Positions 51,792 through 63,535 of a stretch of DNA of 64,000 nt are shown piece after piece. Within the stretch, counting starts at the first letter, position 1; each line of letters begins with the position of its first letter. The notes below the pieces were generated by a model that ran no database searches, was not told the DNA's origin, and was given only the letters and a program-made list of their open reading frames with translations. A program made the position numbers and the translations under genes. This stretch comes from Obrimoposthia wandeli (taxonomy: Eukaryota): assembly GCA_977020255.1 (NCBI GenBank), contig CDROCS010001625.1:744001-808000 (forward strand). The letters run 5' to 3'.

Positions 51792-53940
51792 ATGGTGAGT
51801 GTGTCACGCAAATCATATGATTTCCCTGTGTTTGGTGTCGTTTCTGATTTTAAATCAAACCAATTACCAACTGATGCTGACGTTATCAAATCAACTTTGT
51901 TCAAAAAAGGGCAGTTAAAAAATGAAACACGAAAATATTTATCCATTAAAGACACTTGCAATACATTGGCTGAAAGAATTTCACAATTGTACGGTAGTGC
52001 GTCCATTCCTAGTGTAATCGTTAAACAAATTGGAGAAAAGTACTATCCTATCATAACAAGTATCTAACATTGATCAAACCCTATACAGCTTGGTGCAATA
52101 TGGAAAGTCATAAACAAAAACCTGATAAGGCTCGGGAAGACTCAAAAATGTTTTTACTTTTCATCGTGTAAGTTCTGTAATTTTTACTCATGTAACTGTC
52201 CTAAAGAAAAGAAGATTCCAAAAATTAAGCAGGAGTTTCTTTCTGACCAGTGTAATGATCAACTAATGTTCATTGGTTTAGTGGACGTCAATGTCACAGA
52301 AAAACTGCAGAAAATATTTGCACGTGAAGCAGTGTCAGAGCCAACAAGCAGTAAAATAAGTTTTGAAACCATTTCTTTAAAAATGACTGTACCTTAACCC
52401 ATTAACCGCCAAGCTTAAAATAATGACTGAAATAAAACGACTTTTTTACTGTAATTTATTTATACCAAACTGGAAATATTTGCCAAATATGATAACTGAA
52501 TATTTTCTCGTTTGGTTGATAATAGGTGTTGCGTTTTAGCAACATTGGCGTAAAGTGTGAACACATTTTACAAAAATAAGAAAATTACCAATTGAGTTCT
52601 CAAGTGGATATAAAAAGTGTTGAACATTGTATTAGCTGTATTTATGTAAAACAAAACATACAAGTCTTAATGCATGAACATTTACATAGTTTATTTATAT
52701 ACAAGTAACTACCTAAAGGCATAAATGTCAACAAGGAAACACAAAGTGCAAACTTTATAGATAATTGAAATGTAATGGATATCAATGCATGTATTTATGA
52801 TGGAGTTATTGAGAAATGAAGTAGGTATATAATTAAATACAGGTCAATATTTACAATACACGACTGTGATATCTGTCAAAGCATTTTGAATGCACTCCAA
52901 ATTTACACCCTTTGGATATAAAAATAGTCTGAGAAAGGCATTGTCTACATCTGAGTCGCTTATTATTTTTGACAACAGAATGTTAAGTCATTGATGAGCG
53001 AAGATTCTGTTTGTGTATAGCAGAAGTAGGGCCTGGTTGATGAGTTCATCTTTTTGAAGTATTATCGAGACGTGATTTAAATGTAGAAAGCAGTTGACCA
53101 ATTTTTTTAAAAATATAGCATAGTATAAAGCTTATGAATTACGTTAATTCTTAGAAAAAAAAATTATAAAGTTTAATAGACATTACATTATATAGAAAAA
53201 AATTACATTTAGGACCAGTAAATAAGGGCTGTGATTTGAGAAAACAGTTAAATATAAAAAATCAGTAAAATAATTAATCAATTTATTTGAATTTCTGATG
53301 TAGTTATAGACACATACAGATTAAAACAAAACTGAAAAAAATCAACAAATAAGCAACAAACAGTTATTTATGTAGTGTTGTGAAAATGCAACATTGGCAG
53401 TAAATGGGTTAAATAGTGAATCTGACTTAGAATTTATCCCACCGAAAACAATATTAAAAAGTCTTCATTTGATGACAATTTTAAAGGTGAAAGCAGCTCA
53501 AAATTTCCGGCGTCCAAAAATATCCAAGACTCTTACTAATTTTGCTACTGCATATTTCCGTTTTGAGTCCTCTGATCGTGGTACAGCTTTATTCACTTCC
53601 TCTTTATTAGAAGATTTTTCCATCACTGAGTCAACCATTGAATCTACAAATATTATCCTTAACAAAAATAAAATACATCGTGAAAGATCCAAGAGCAGAC
53701 TGAACATAACAAAGCAAAAGTCTGTCTCTCAGATGATTAGTTTTATTTCGATGGTAAGAGAGATATCACGTTAATTGATGAGAAGAGGCAACAAGATTTA
53801 TAGAAAGAAGATTACAGAAGAACACATTTCAGTTATTTCTGAACCAAACTCTTAATATGTGGGACACTTCACAACAGGATCTGGAAGTGCTCGAAGAATC
53901 TATCGCGATATCTTGCATTTTATGTACGACACAGTCCCTT
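51792..53940 (+). mobile_element. DDE transposase pseudogene, tentatively hATm-like, interrupted by piggyBac
   Basis: QLPTDADVI...ASIPS, CNCPKEKKIP...FLSDQ...MFIGLVD, SDRGTA...SSLLED, FYFDGKRD, EEHISVISEP..YVGHF; superfamily assignment is from memory of motif layout. Confidence 0.7.
52398..53408 (-). mobile_element. Internally deleted piggyBac element
   Basis: TTAA|CCCATTAACCGCCAA ... TTGGCAGTAAATGGG|TTAA; interior encodes RCRQC...GCKFGVHSKCFDRYH, the piggyBac Cys-rich C-terminus. Confidence 0.93.
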
Positions 53941-54714
53941 CCTCTTGAGCCTTTTTGAGGCTTTCATTAACAAAATGGAGATTATATTATAAAAAATTAT
54001 GTATTATAGATATATGCGACGTTTGTCATCCTTTGCATTTCAAATTTAATGTAGATATCCGGTTTAGGTCTTTAGATTATAAGAAGAAATTTACTAATTT
54101 ATATCTCACTAAATATTTTCATTTATTAAAATAGAAAGAAGGAAATAGGTATATTTGTGAAATATGTATTTTCGATACAACTAAATCTAATTTTGATATT
54201 GAAAATGATTTTTTTTATGTTTTAGATGAAATAGATGGCAAAATGGATAAGATATTAAAATTTTTTTTTCTAAAATTGAGATTGAATACATTAAATATTT
54301 CACGTGATCATCTATTAAAATTTCCACTCACTTTTTTCCTTTCAATCCTCGATTTTTGAAATAATGAAGAAGAACTTTATTTTTTAATAATATTTATTAT
54401 TTTAGATTACTTGTAACCTGTTTCCAGCGTATTGTGCTGCTTCGGCTCCACATGGAGGAGATTCCTGTATGACGATAATTTCTGCCTACTATTGAGTAAA
54501 GTCTTATGGATAGGTGTATTATATCAGCCAATTATGCTGAACTATGGAAGACAAGGAGTTTGCAGCTTTCTTCAAGGAACATCGGGATCACTTGTCCTGC
54601 TTCACGGCCAACAACAAGAAGAAGACTATCGTCCAATTGGTGCACGATTTGCTTATTTGTCTAGCTCAAGCTCCAGTTCCAGCTTCTGCGGTTACCTATC
54701 ACCCAGTGCAGCAG

Positions 54715-57700
54715 TGCAGTTTAAAAATGTCAATGAGGAAACTAAAACTTGGGTAATTTCACATAAAGCTACTGTTTTTTATGATAATTTTGTAACTGAA
54801 ATTGGAAGAAACCTGGATGAAAAAATTGCTAATTATAGCGAGTTAAGTAGTGGATGGACTCTAGTTAGAATTCACGATGTTAGCTTTGTTCTAACAAAGT
54901 TCTCTGACATGATATATCTTTCGGGGAGTTAATACATTCCTTCACCTAGATCTCTTCAACTTTCACGTTCCATTGTTAACGTACAAAACAGTGATAACCT
55001 TTGCTTTCTGTATAGCGTGTAGGCCATCCTCAAAAGGGATGTAATTACTGAGCATAGAGAGCGTGTCAGTAAATATACCCCTTTTTTAAATGAATTGCAG
55101 TATCATGGAATAGATTTTCCTATTAAATTAACTGCGATATCAAGATTTGAACATCTTAATAACTTGAGTATTAATGTATTAAAATATAATACTGATATCC
55201 CAGTTAATGTAACAGATGAAGAAATTTTAAAAAATCCTTTTGTAGATGTAATTTATAGGAGTAAAAATGAGGGGACTCAGGTCAACTTAATTTTGCTCGA
55301 ACATAATAAAAAATTCCATTATGCTGCAATTCCCAATTTAGATCGTCTTCTAAATTTAGATAATGGAGCCTTACCGGTTAGGATAAGGTGTAAGTGGTGT
55401 CATAGATGTTTGCATGGGTTCCGATCCGAGCTCTCTTACAGCAAACATCTGACATTATGTTCACTGAATCCTGATGACAATACGTTATACACCATACCTA
55501 AGGATAAGGATTTAAAATTCAGGGATTGGGCAAAATGCATACCCGTGGAATTCAGGGTGTATGCAGATTTTGAGTCAATTTTAGCATTGTACGACCAGTA
55601 TGAGAGTATTCACCTACCGGCTTCGGCAGGACTACTATTCTTAGGCCCAATATTACCCAGTATCATAAATTTTCCGGTCCAAATTGTATTTTAGATTTCA
55701 TGTTAAAATTAGAGGAATTAGGAACAACAATTGTCAAACCGTGGTATGATCTCAATGCTCATCAAGCAATGATCATGACAAGCATAGACTGGGTTAATTT
55801 TAATTCTTGTAGATTATGTTATTTGTGTAGAACCCAGTCTAATTTAGTCAGAGATCACGATCATGTTACGGGGCGATACTTGGGAGCGGCGTGCAACCTT
55901 TGTAACCTTGGCCGTCGTCTCCCTAAAAAACCACGCATTCCCATCGTGTTTCATAACCTCAAAGGATATGATTTGCATCATATACTTAAATACGCATTGG
56001 GTACATTAAGCTCTTGGGAAATTTCATGTATACCTCAAACTTCAGAGAAATATTTATCTTTAACTGCATATACTGAATTCTGCAGTTTAAGATTCATAGA
56101 TTCTCTGCAGTTTTTGAGCGGGTCTTTAAAAAATTTAACGGCATCTTTAAATGCATGGCCAATTACACAGTCAGTGTTCCCAGCTTCGGTTAACGATAAC
56201 AGGATTTTTCCGTATAAATTTGCGAAAACCTTTGCAGATTTAGAAAATACTACAGAAATCCCACCACAAAATGGAATTTGAGGGTGTAAGTCTTGAAGAC
56301 TATAATGAGGCCCTTACATTTTGTGCGAATAATTGTCGAAATTTTTTAGAATATATGCTTTATTATATGAAGTTAGACATTTATCTTTTAGCTGATGTTT
56401 TTGAGTCCTTTCGTGTAAAATCTTTAGCAGAAGATGGGCTAGATCCCATGCATTTCATTAGTTTACCTGGTCTTTCATGGGCAACAGCAATAAAAACTCT
56501 TAAAATTAATATCGAGTTACTGCAAGATCCCGCGATGTATCAAATGTATGATTATGGTATACGCGGTGGAATGACTTTTGTCAACAAAGATCATGTTGTC
56601 AAAAATCAATCCACGGAGATTTTGTACATCGATATTAATATTTTGTATGGGTGGGCGCTTACTCAACCTCTACCTCATGCCAACTTTAAGTGGGTTTATG
56701 ATGTGGATCAGTTGAATAAGTTGATGACAGATTTGGCTACTGTTGATACAGTTTCATCCGACGTCGCTATTTGGTTGATGTGGACATAAAAATCCCTCCC
56801 AATGTGCATGATAAATTAGACGATCTTCCAGTAGCGCCTGTTCATCAATGCTCACCTAATTCAAAGGTTAAGAAATTATTGTTAACCCATGAAGACAAGT
56901 TGAATTATGTTGTGCATTGGCGGCTTCTTCAATTCTACTTAAAGTTGGGAGTGAAAGTTACTCGAATTCATCGTGCTATAAGCTTCAGTCAAAACTTTGT
57001 GTTTAAAGACTATATTGAGAAGAATTCTAGAAAACGTAATTTGGCCACTAGCAAATTCGATCGAGATTTTTACAAGTTAAAAAGTAATAGTCTCTTTGGA
57101 AAAACTGTAGAGGACTTGCGGAAACGTATTTGTCTACGGTTTTGCAATGATGAGCGTAAACTAATAACATATACTAGCAAGTACAACTTCAAGCGTAGTT
57201 TTACAATTGCAGATGCCTTGGTAGCAGTGTTATTAGGAAAACAGAGTATTTGTCTCGATCGACCGAGTTATATAGGTCAAACAGTTTTAGACATTTCTAA
57301 ACTCAGAATGTATGAGCTTCAATACATAGAATTGGAGAAATACCGACAAGAATTTAATTGTGAGATTAAAATCGCAGCTGGGGACACTGACTCTTTCTTT
57401 TTAGAATGTAGGAATGTTAGTTTAAATAATCAATTATTACCAGCAATGTTTAGGGACAACTTACTAGATACCCATAAATATACCGCTAACCATCCTCAAC
57501 ACTCTATGAGTTTAAAGGACATTATTGGGAAATTTAAGGATGAAAGCGAGGGACAGGTTTCGTATGATGATTGTATTTTCCTACGCCCTAAATGCTACAG
57601 TTTACATGCATCTAATAATACATGTTCAATGAGAGCAAAGGGTGTGGGAAGAAACAATCTTACACATGAGGCATACCGAAAAAATAATGATACTGGGTGT

Positions 57701-57735
57701 ATTGAAAGCGTTGAGCAAACTAGATTTATACATGT
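54715..57735 (+). pseudogene. Near-complete protein-primed family B DNA polymerase (pPolB lineage 1) of a Polinton/adintovirus, frameshifted
   Basis: YSELSSGW, YADFES (Exo I), RDHDHVTGRYLGAACNLCNL zinc insert, FHNLKGYD (Exo II), LDIYLLADVFESFR (Exo III), GIRGG, YIDINILY (A), KLKSNSLFGKT (B), GDTDS (C), GKFKDE, RAKGV; extreme C-terminus lost. Confidence 0.96.
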
Positions 57736-60700
57736 TATTATCGTGATGATTTGTATGCAGTCCTTTTAGAGTTGCTTGAGGAGAAAATAACCCATCTCGC
57801 TTCTAAAACTTTCTTAATATTCCGTCATACATCACAATATCAGATTAATTCCTCAACTTTTTTTAGGGTATATTTTCTCTTCTGAAATCTCCTAAATACT
57901 TCGTAATATCTTCTTCTACTTTGCATTGCTTCATGAAATGCTACATTATAAATATCAATGATGATTCAAGGCTGGCTGATGAATTGAATGTAGATAAGAT
58001 GCTTGAATATTGACTTTGGAAGTAGTCTTTGGATATTAGTTAAATCTATATAATTTCGGTATAACTTTCTTTGAGATCTTGGGTTAAGACTATTTATGAT
58101 CACGAAGCATCTTCCCGAGATTTCTCTGTTATGTTTGAAGTTATTGATTGAATCAGATGATCCATGAATTTGAAACGATGGATGAAATTGATAAGTAATG
58201 GATAGATATGTCTCTGTAACTATTTGATTCATTCTCACTAATACTCTTAGAAATTTTCAATATTTTTCCTTTTGAAACATATATAAATAGTAATTAATCA
58301 TTTATATTCTTGAATATTGCATACGTTTTAATTACTATCTCTTCTCATATATAACAATCCGGGTATAATTTCTTCATATATCACAAGTCCAACTTTTAGA
58401 ACATAATTATAAATTTTCCTATAATTCTAAATAACTTTCCTTCCCATAAACCTCTATTATCAACCCTAATTTTTTTTAATATCAAACAAGAAGTTGATTA
58501 TATATGTCAAACAAACCAGGTATAATTCATAATTTCCTCACATATATCAATTCTTTAACACTATTCTTCATTATTGCATCTAAATTTCAATAAAATACTT
58601 CAAACATTATCTTTAAAAAATAGCATACCTAGCTTTGATTTTAATTGAAGGAATGTAGAAGAAATAGATAAAATGCTTAAATATTGGTTTTGGAACGATA
58701 ATATTGATGACTTCGATAAAACTCTCTTTGAAAATAACTTATTTACTATGTATTAATGAAATCGTTAATTTTCATTCAATGTCTTAATATTAATTGATTA
58801 AAAGTATTTTTAATGTCTAATGAAGATAGAATCCATTTATATGAACCAAAACTATTAATAGTAATTATAAAGATTTCACCCGATTTTTTATAAAAATATG
58901 ATGACTTTATCAATACTCAGAAGTTGTTTCTTTAAGTTTTCCTTAATACCTATTGACTTATAAGTAGCTATTTACAACATCATTGATTATTTTCAACTAT
59001 AAAATCAATAATTGGGAATATGCACACTAATCGTTTTTACTCAATATCTAACGTAAACCTCTAACTTCTAATACTCTAATTCTAATATTCTAATTCTAAC
59101 ACTAACATCATTTTCCAAAATATATGCGAAAAATTTACAAGAAGATGGTAAAAGTTTGAATAATATCTCTGCTTTTGTAAAATTGTCTTCGTTATGACCG
59201 AAATATGAGTAAAATACTTATGATTAATTTTTGGTATAACTCGCTTTGAAGCTGTATAAAGCTGAAATTCAATATGATCGCTTATATCATAATCTTAAAT
59301 GAAATGACCGGAATTTTGATAAAATACGATTTCACTACAGTTTTAGAACAGTAGTCTTATTTCCCTTCTAAACCACCTAAATATCTTCTAACTCACATTA
59401 AATTTCCTTTCAAAGTAAAATATATCCTATATTTTTTCTTTTGAATCCTACTAACCTTATATACATCGCTTTTATTTTCATTCAATCTAGCTATCTAGGC
59501 TATATTTACCAAAACCTCCTAAACATCCCTGCTAAATCTTTTCTAAACCCTTCAAAGCTTTAATCTGAACCATCTAAACATCATCGTTAAATTTCCCTCT
59601 AAATTCATCTAATTTCTTATTCTGAAACCTCTTGAACTTCCTGTTAAATCTCTCTCTAAATTCCTTTAATTTCTTCTGAAACCTCCCCATATAAATTCTC
59701 CTCTGAACCAATTTAAGTTATATTTCCTCTTCTGAAACCTCTTGAAATATCCGTTAAATCCTCCTTTTATCTCCTTTAAGGATATATTTTCTCTTCTGAA
59801 CTCCTCGGTTAAATTCTCTTTGGAACCCTTTAATTTCCCATATGAACCAATTTTAATTTCTTTTTTCTGAAACTTCCTAAATACTCCTTTTAAATACTTC
59901 TCTAAACGCCTTTTAAGGCTATATTTTCTGATACCTCCTAAACATTCCTGCTAAATCTTTTTTAAACCCTTCAAATATATAATATATCTTCTGAAACCTC
60001 TTGAACACTTTTTCAATTTGTCTTTTATAACCATTCTATGCATTAATATTTCTTCTATAACCTTCTAAATACCTCGTAAATTTCCTCTTCTATGTAATAA
60101 ACTTCCTAAATTCCATTCCTAAATCTCTTAAATAAATCCCATCAATTTCACTTCATAATCCAATCTAGGCTATATTTTTGATACCTCCTAAAAGTATCGT
60201 TAATTTATCCTCTGAACCGCTACTTATCTTTCTATGTATTAATTACTCTTCTAGAGAACCTTTTGAACAAATCGTGAGTTTCTCTTCTAAAACTCTATCC
60301 ATTATTTTCTATTCTTAAACCTTATAAACACCCATGTCATATCTCATTTAAATGTAACAAATCTCATGCATCTTCTTAATTTCTCTTATAGAACCTTTTA
60401 TGTATAATTTCTTTACTAAACCGATTTATTTGAAGTAATAAATCAACTGGTTGTTGATGTTTGAAAATAAGTTTCCATAATATTGATAACATCAATAAGC
60501 TTGTAGAGTTTTGCAAGAATTTTCTCGTTTGATATATCGATCAATGAAAAATTATGTTTTTAGAATATAGTTATCAATAGACTCAAGTAATATGAATAAA
60601 TTATGACTGAGATAAATACATACTCTAAACATTATTGAATAAATTATATCAATAAATGATACTTGAAAATAATTTTAGGTTTAAATGAATCGAAAGAGAG

Positions 60701-61585
60701 AATATAATTTAATCCATTTCTAGTCCTGATGTAATAATTTCTAAACAAAATGTTCCAATATAGTATTGATAATTTAATTAATTATTTATTACATAGATTA
60801 ATTTCCTTAAATAAGCTAATCTTCAAACAATATTCTTTGAAACTAATCATTTTTTAGTAACAAAACTTTTACAGATTCTTTTACAAAAAAACTTTTTAAA
60901 AGAAAGTAGAGAACATTTTAGATTTAATGAATCATTTTGAAAATTTAATAAAATTCTTAGTTAAAGATGCAGATTAGTAATATACTCTTGATTGTAAATT
61001 GACTAATTGATCAAAGTAATCTCTCTAATTATCCGTATAATTGTCCGTAATAAACTCTCACTTATTGATCATTATATACTCTCTTCAAATTATATATTTA
61101 TTACACGGAGAAATCCTTTAAATATGTTGAAGAGAAATCCAATTAGTGCATCTACCATATAAGAAACCATGAAAACTTTATTGACGCGCTAGCACATAAG
61201 AATCGTCAGTAAATACAACTTATTTGTTCTGAAAGTAATTTTGTCCTTAAACTAAAATCAAAGAAAATTTATATAAATATGGGTAAATTCATTGAAAAAT
61301 GATCAATTATTTGCATTATAATTTGCATTATTCTAAAAATCCTTGGTAAATGTATCTTCTAATCTATAAATTGACTGAAAATCGAACTTTCTAATTCGAA
61401 ATTTACATTATTCAGAAAAATTACACAGTAAATTCATTTGTCAACTAAAATCCTTATAAATGATATAAGATTCAACTTTGCATCTTAATTTACATTATTC
61501 TGAAATATACACGATATAAAGTATTCTAAATCCATAAATATAAACATAAAATGATTAAAAATTGAACTTTTTATATCCAAATTAG
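57736..61585. other. Unassigned 3.85-kb decayed block between two PolB paralogs
   Basis: No recognisable TIR, LTR or enzyme motif; contains the degenerate repeat at about 59490-60295. Confidence 0.6.
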
Positions 61586-62056
61586 AATTTTTTTCTAAAG
61601 TGTCATAATATAGACGTGCAAGCTACACTGTTGTCTGCAATGATTTCAGATGGATTATTAGTCACATCAAAATTTTCTATAAACCATCCTTTAGCCAATA
61701 CTGCGATAGGCAAGTTTAAGGATGAGAGTAAGCAATGTAGATATAAGCAATGTGTATTTTTACGCTCCAAATCATATAGCTTAGAAACTATAGACGGAAA
61801 GTTCCAGATGAGAGCAAAGGGAATTAGTGTTAAGCAGACTGTGCTACGCCATGCGAATTATTTAGCTGCATATGATAGTGGGGTTAGTGAACGAGTGCGA
61901 CAACAACGCATTAGTTCAATTAATAACCAGATCTATACCGTAAATATGAGTAAGATCGCATTGAGTAGCAATGACGATGAGAGAAAATGGGTAGAGAAAA
62001 ACCGGTCAGTTGTCTACGGACATCATAGATATCCAGATGATTTTTCACTTGAATAA
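61586..62056 (+). pseudogene. C-terminal fragment of a second pPolB (lineage 2) with natural end
   Basis: FFLKCH...LLVTSKFSINHPL...IGKFKDE...LRSKSYS...RAKGI...RISSINNQIYTV...IALSSNDDERKW...YGH; open to the stop at 62056; AATAAA follows near 62110. Confidence 0.92.
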
Positions 62057-62610
62057 TTGTTTGAATTTGTATGTCACAAATTTATTGTACCTAATTTTCT
62101 CTTAGGTTTAATAAATATTTGTATCCAATTCGTCTTTTTTCTAAGTTTAAAATTTTAAAGTATAAAAGTTCTGTGTAAAATTTTAATTCTAAAGTATAAA
62201 AGTTCTGTCAAATTATTTTTTTAATGTATAAAAATTGTTGTAAAAAAATTATGTTGGAAATTTTATTTTTAAACTATAAAAATTTTGTAAACAATTTTAT
62301 TTTAATTTAAATTTTTTTTTGTTTAAAAGCCATTTTGAAAATTTTAAATTTGGCGCAAAAAAAATTGCGTCTTATTCAAATAATTTATTTTTTGTAATGT
62401 TTTTCGTGCCTAAAGATCAAGAATGAAGCCCGCCCCAAAGGGGTGGGCGGTGTGCGGTGTATGTTAGGGTCTTGGGTATGACACAGGTTGTCTACATGTA
62501 TAGTTGTGAGAGGTAAAGTGATACTGTAGCGCATGTTTTTGTAGTTATTTTCGCGAGAATGGAGCCCGCTCCGAAGGGGCAAGCGGTGGGTGAAGTGTTT
62601 CGATGGTGTT

Positions 62611-62700
62611 GTGGTGTGGTGTGGTGTGGTGTGGTGTGGTGTGGTGTGGTGTGGTGTGGTGTGGTGTGGTGTGGTGTGGCGTGGCGTGGTGTGGTGTGGT
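62611..62700 (+). repeat. (GTGGT)18 microsatellite
   Basis: 90 bp, with two GTGGC variant units. Confidence 0.98.
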
Positions 62701-62705
62701 TAGGT

Positions 62706-62886
62706 GTGAGAGCGAGACATCCGTACATCGCAGGGCTAGTCCGTGACCTATATGAGAGCGAGATATCCGTACATCGCAGGGCTAGCCTGTGACCTATATG
62801 ATAGCGAGATATCCGTACATTGCAGGGCTAGTCTGTGACCTATATGAGAGCGAGATATCCGTACATTGCAGGGCTAGTCTGTGACC
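62706..62886 (+). repeat. 46-bp tandem repeat, about 3.9 copies
   Basis: AGCGAGA recurs at 62711, 62757, 62803, 62849; unit GAGAGCGAGATATCCGTACATYGCAGGGCTAGTCTGTGACCTATAT. Confidence 0.98.
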
Positions 62887-62927
62887 AATGTCAGTCCCGA
62901 GCCCTTCGTGCGACCAATGTTACCCCT

Positions 62928-63001
62928 CTTGTCCTTTAAAACCGTGCATGTGTGTGGAGTGAAATTTCACTCCACACACATGCACGGTTTTAAAGGACAA
63001 G
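62928..63001. repeat. Perfect 74-bp spacerless palindrome
   Basis: CTTGTCCTTTAAAACCGTGCATGTGTGTGGAGTGAAA|TTTCACTCCACACACATGCACGGTTTTAAAGGACAAG, all 37 pairs checked. Confidence 0.99.
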
Positions 63002-63045
63002 GGGGGAGGGGGTGTGGATTAGACCGGACACATCCACCTACTCTC

Positions 63046-63535
63046 GTTTAGTGAATCTGTTTTTTTATCTTGGAAGTAATTATCGGATACTTAATATGGT
63101 TATCCATAATTCCCGAAACCACATATTTTCCTTTATCAGATTTATTTGGAAATCCATACTGTTCTGCAATAATCTCATCATTAAAAACTTCTTCAAAATT
63201 ATCCCCTTGCTCCGCAATTTGAATTTGATTTTCTTTATTTAAAAGGTTGTGAAATCATCCCCTGCTTTAATACGCTTCAAATCTAATCATCTCATATCAA
63301 ATAGTAAAGTCATATTAGTTACTTTATCAGCTTCTTTTTGAGTTATATATTCAATCTCAGTTTCACTTTGAATTGATAGAGGAGAGAAATTGAAAGAAAA
63401 TTCCGTTAGTGCAGCTTCCCAAGCACCCGGTAAATTGATTGAGCTTTGATAATCAATACTAAAATTATTTGCAGTATTATCCGGCTGAGTTAATGGTGAA
63501 CCATCACTGGGTAATACAACATACATTGAACTCAT
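63046..63535 (-). pseudogene. Penton-like minor capsid gene, second copy, 5' part
   Basis: Near-identical to 3127-3562; about 50 bp longer, ending against CTACTCTC at 63038-63045. Confidence 0.75.

Noticed and set aside
53394-53774. 126-aa ORF as an independent gene
   Set aside because: Its start comes from the piggyBac TIR; the rest is the interrupted transposase.
48830-54260. Terminal exon candidates for the host gene (TTIQLFQYC* near 48830; NEIDGKWIRY* near 54228)
   Set aside because: Both are phase-compatible but unsupported; cannot choose without transcripts.
62696-62705. TTAGG telomeric repeat
   Set aside because: Single occurrence at the microsatellite edge.
62492-62792. ORFs 62492..62728 and 62559..62792
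   Set aside because: Translations of the (GTGGT)n microsatellite (HHTTP and WCGVV repeats).
62706-62886. 46-bp repeats as a CRISPR array
   Set aside because: Units are contiguous with no unique spacers; eukaryotic context and no cas genes.
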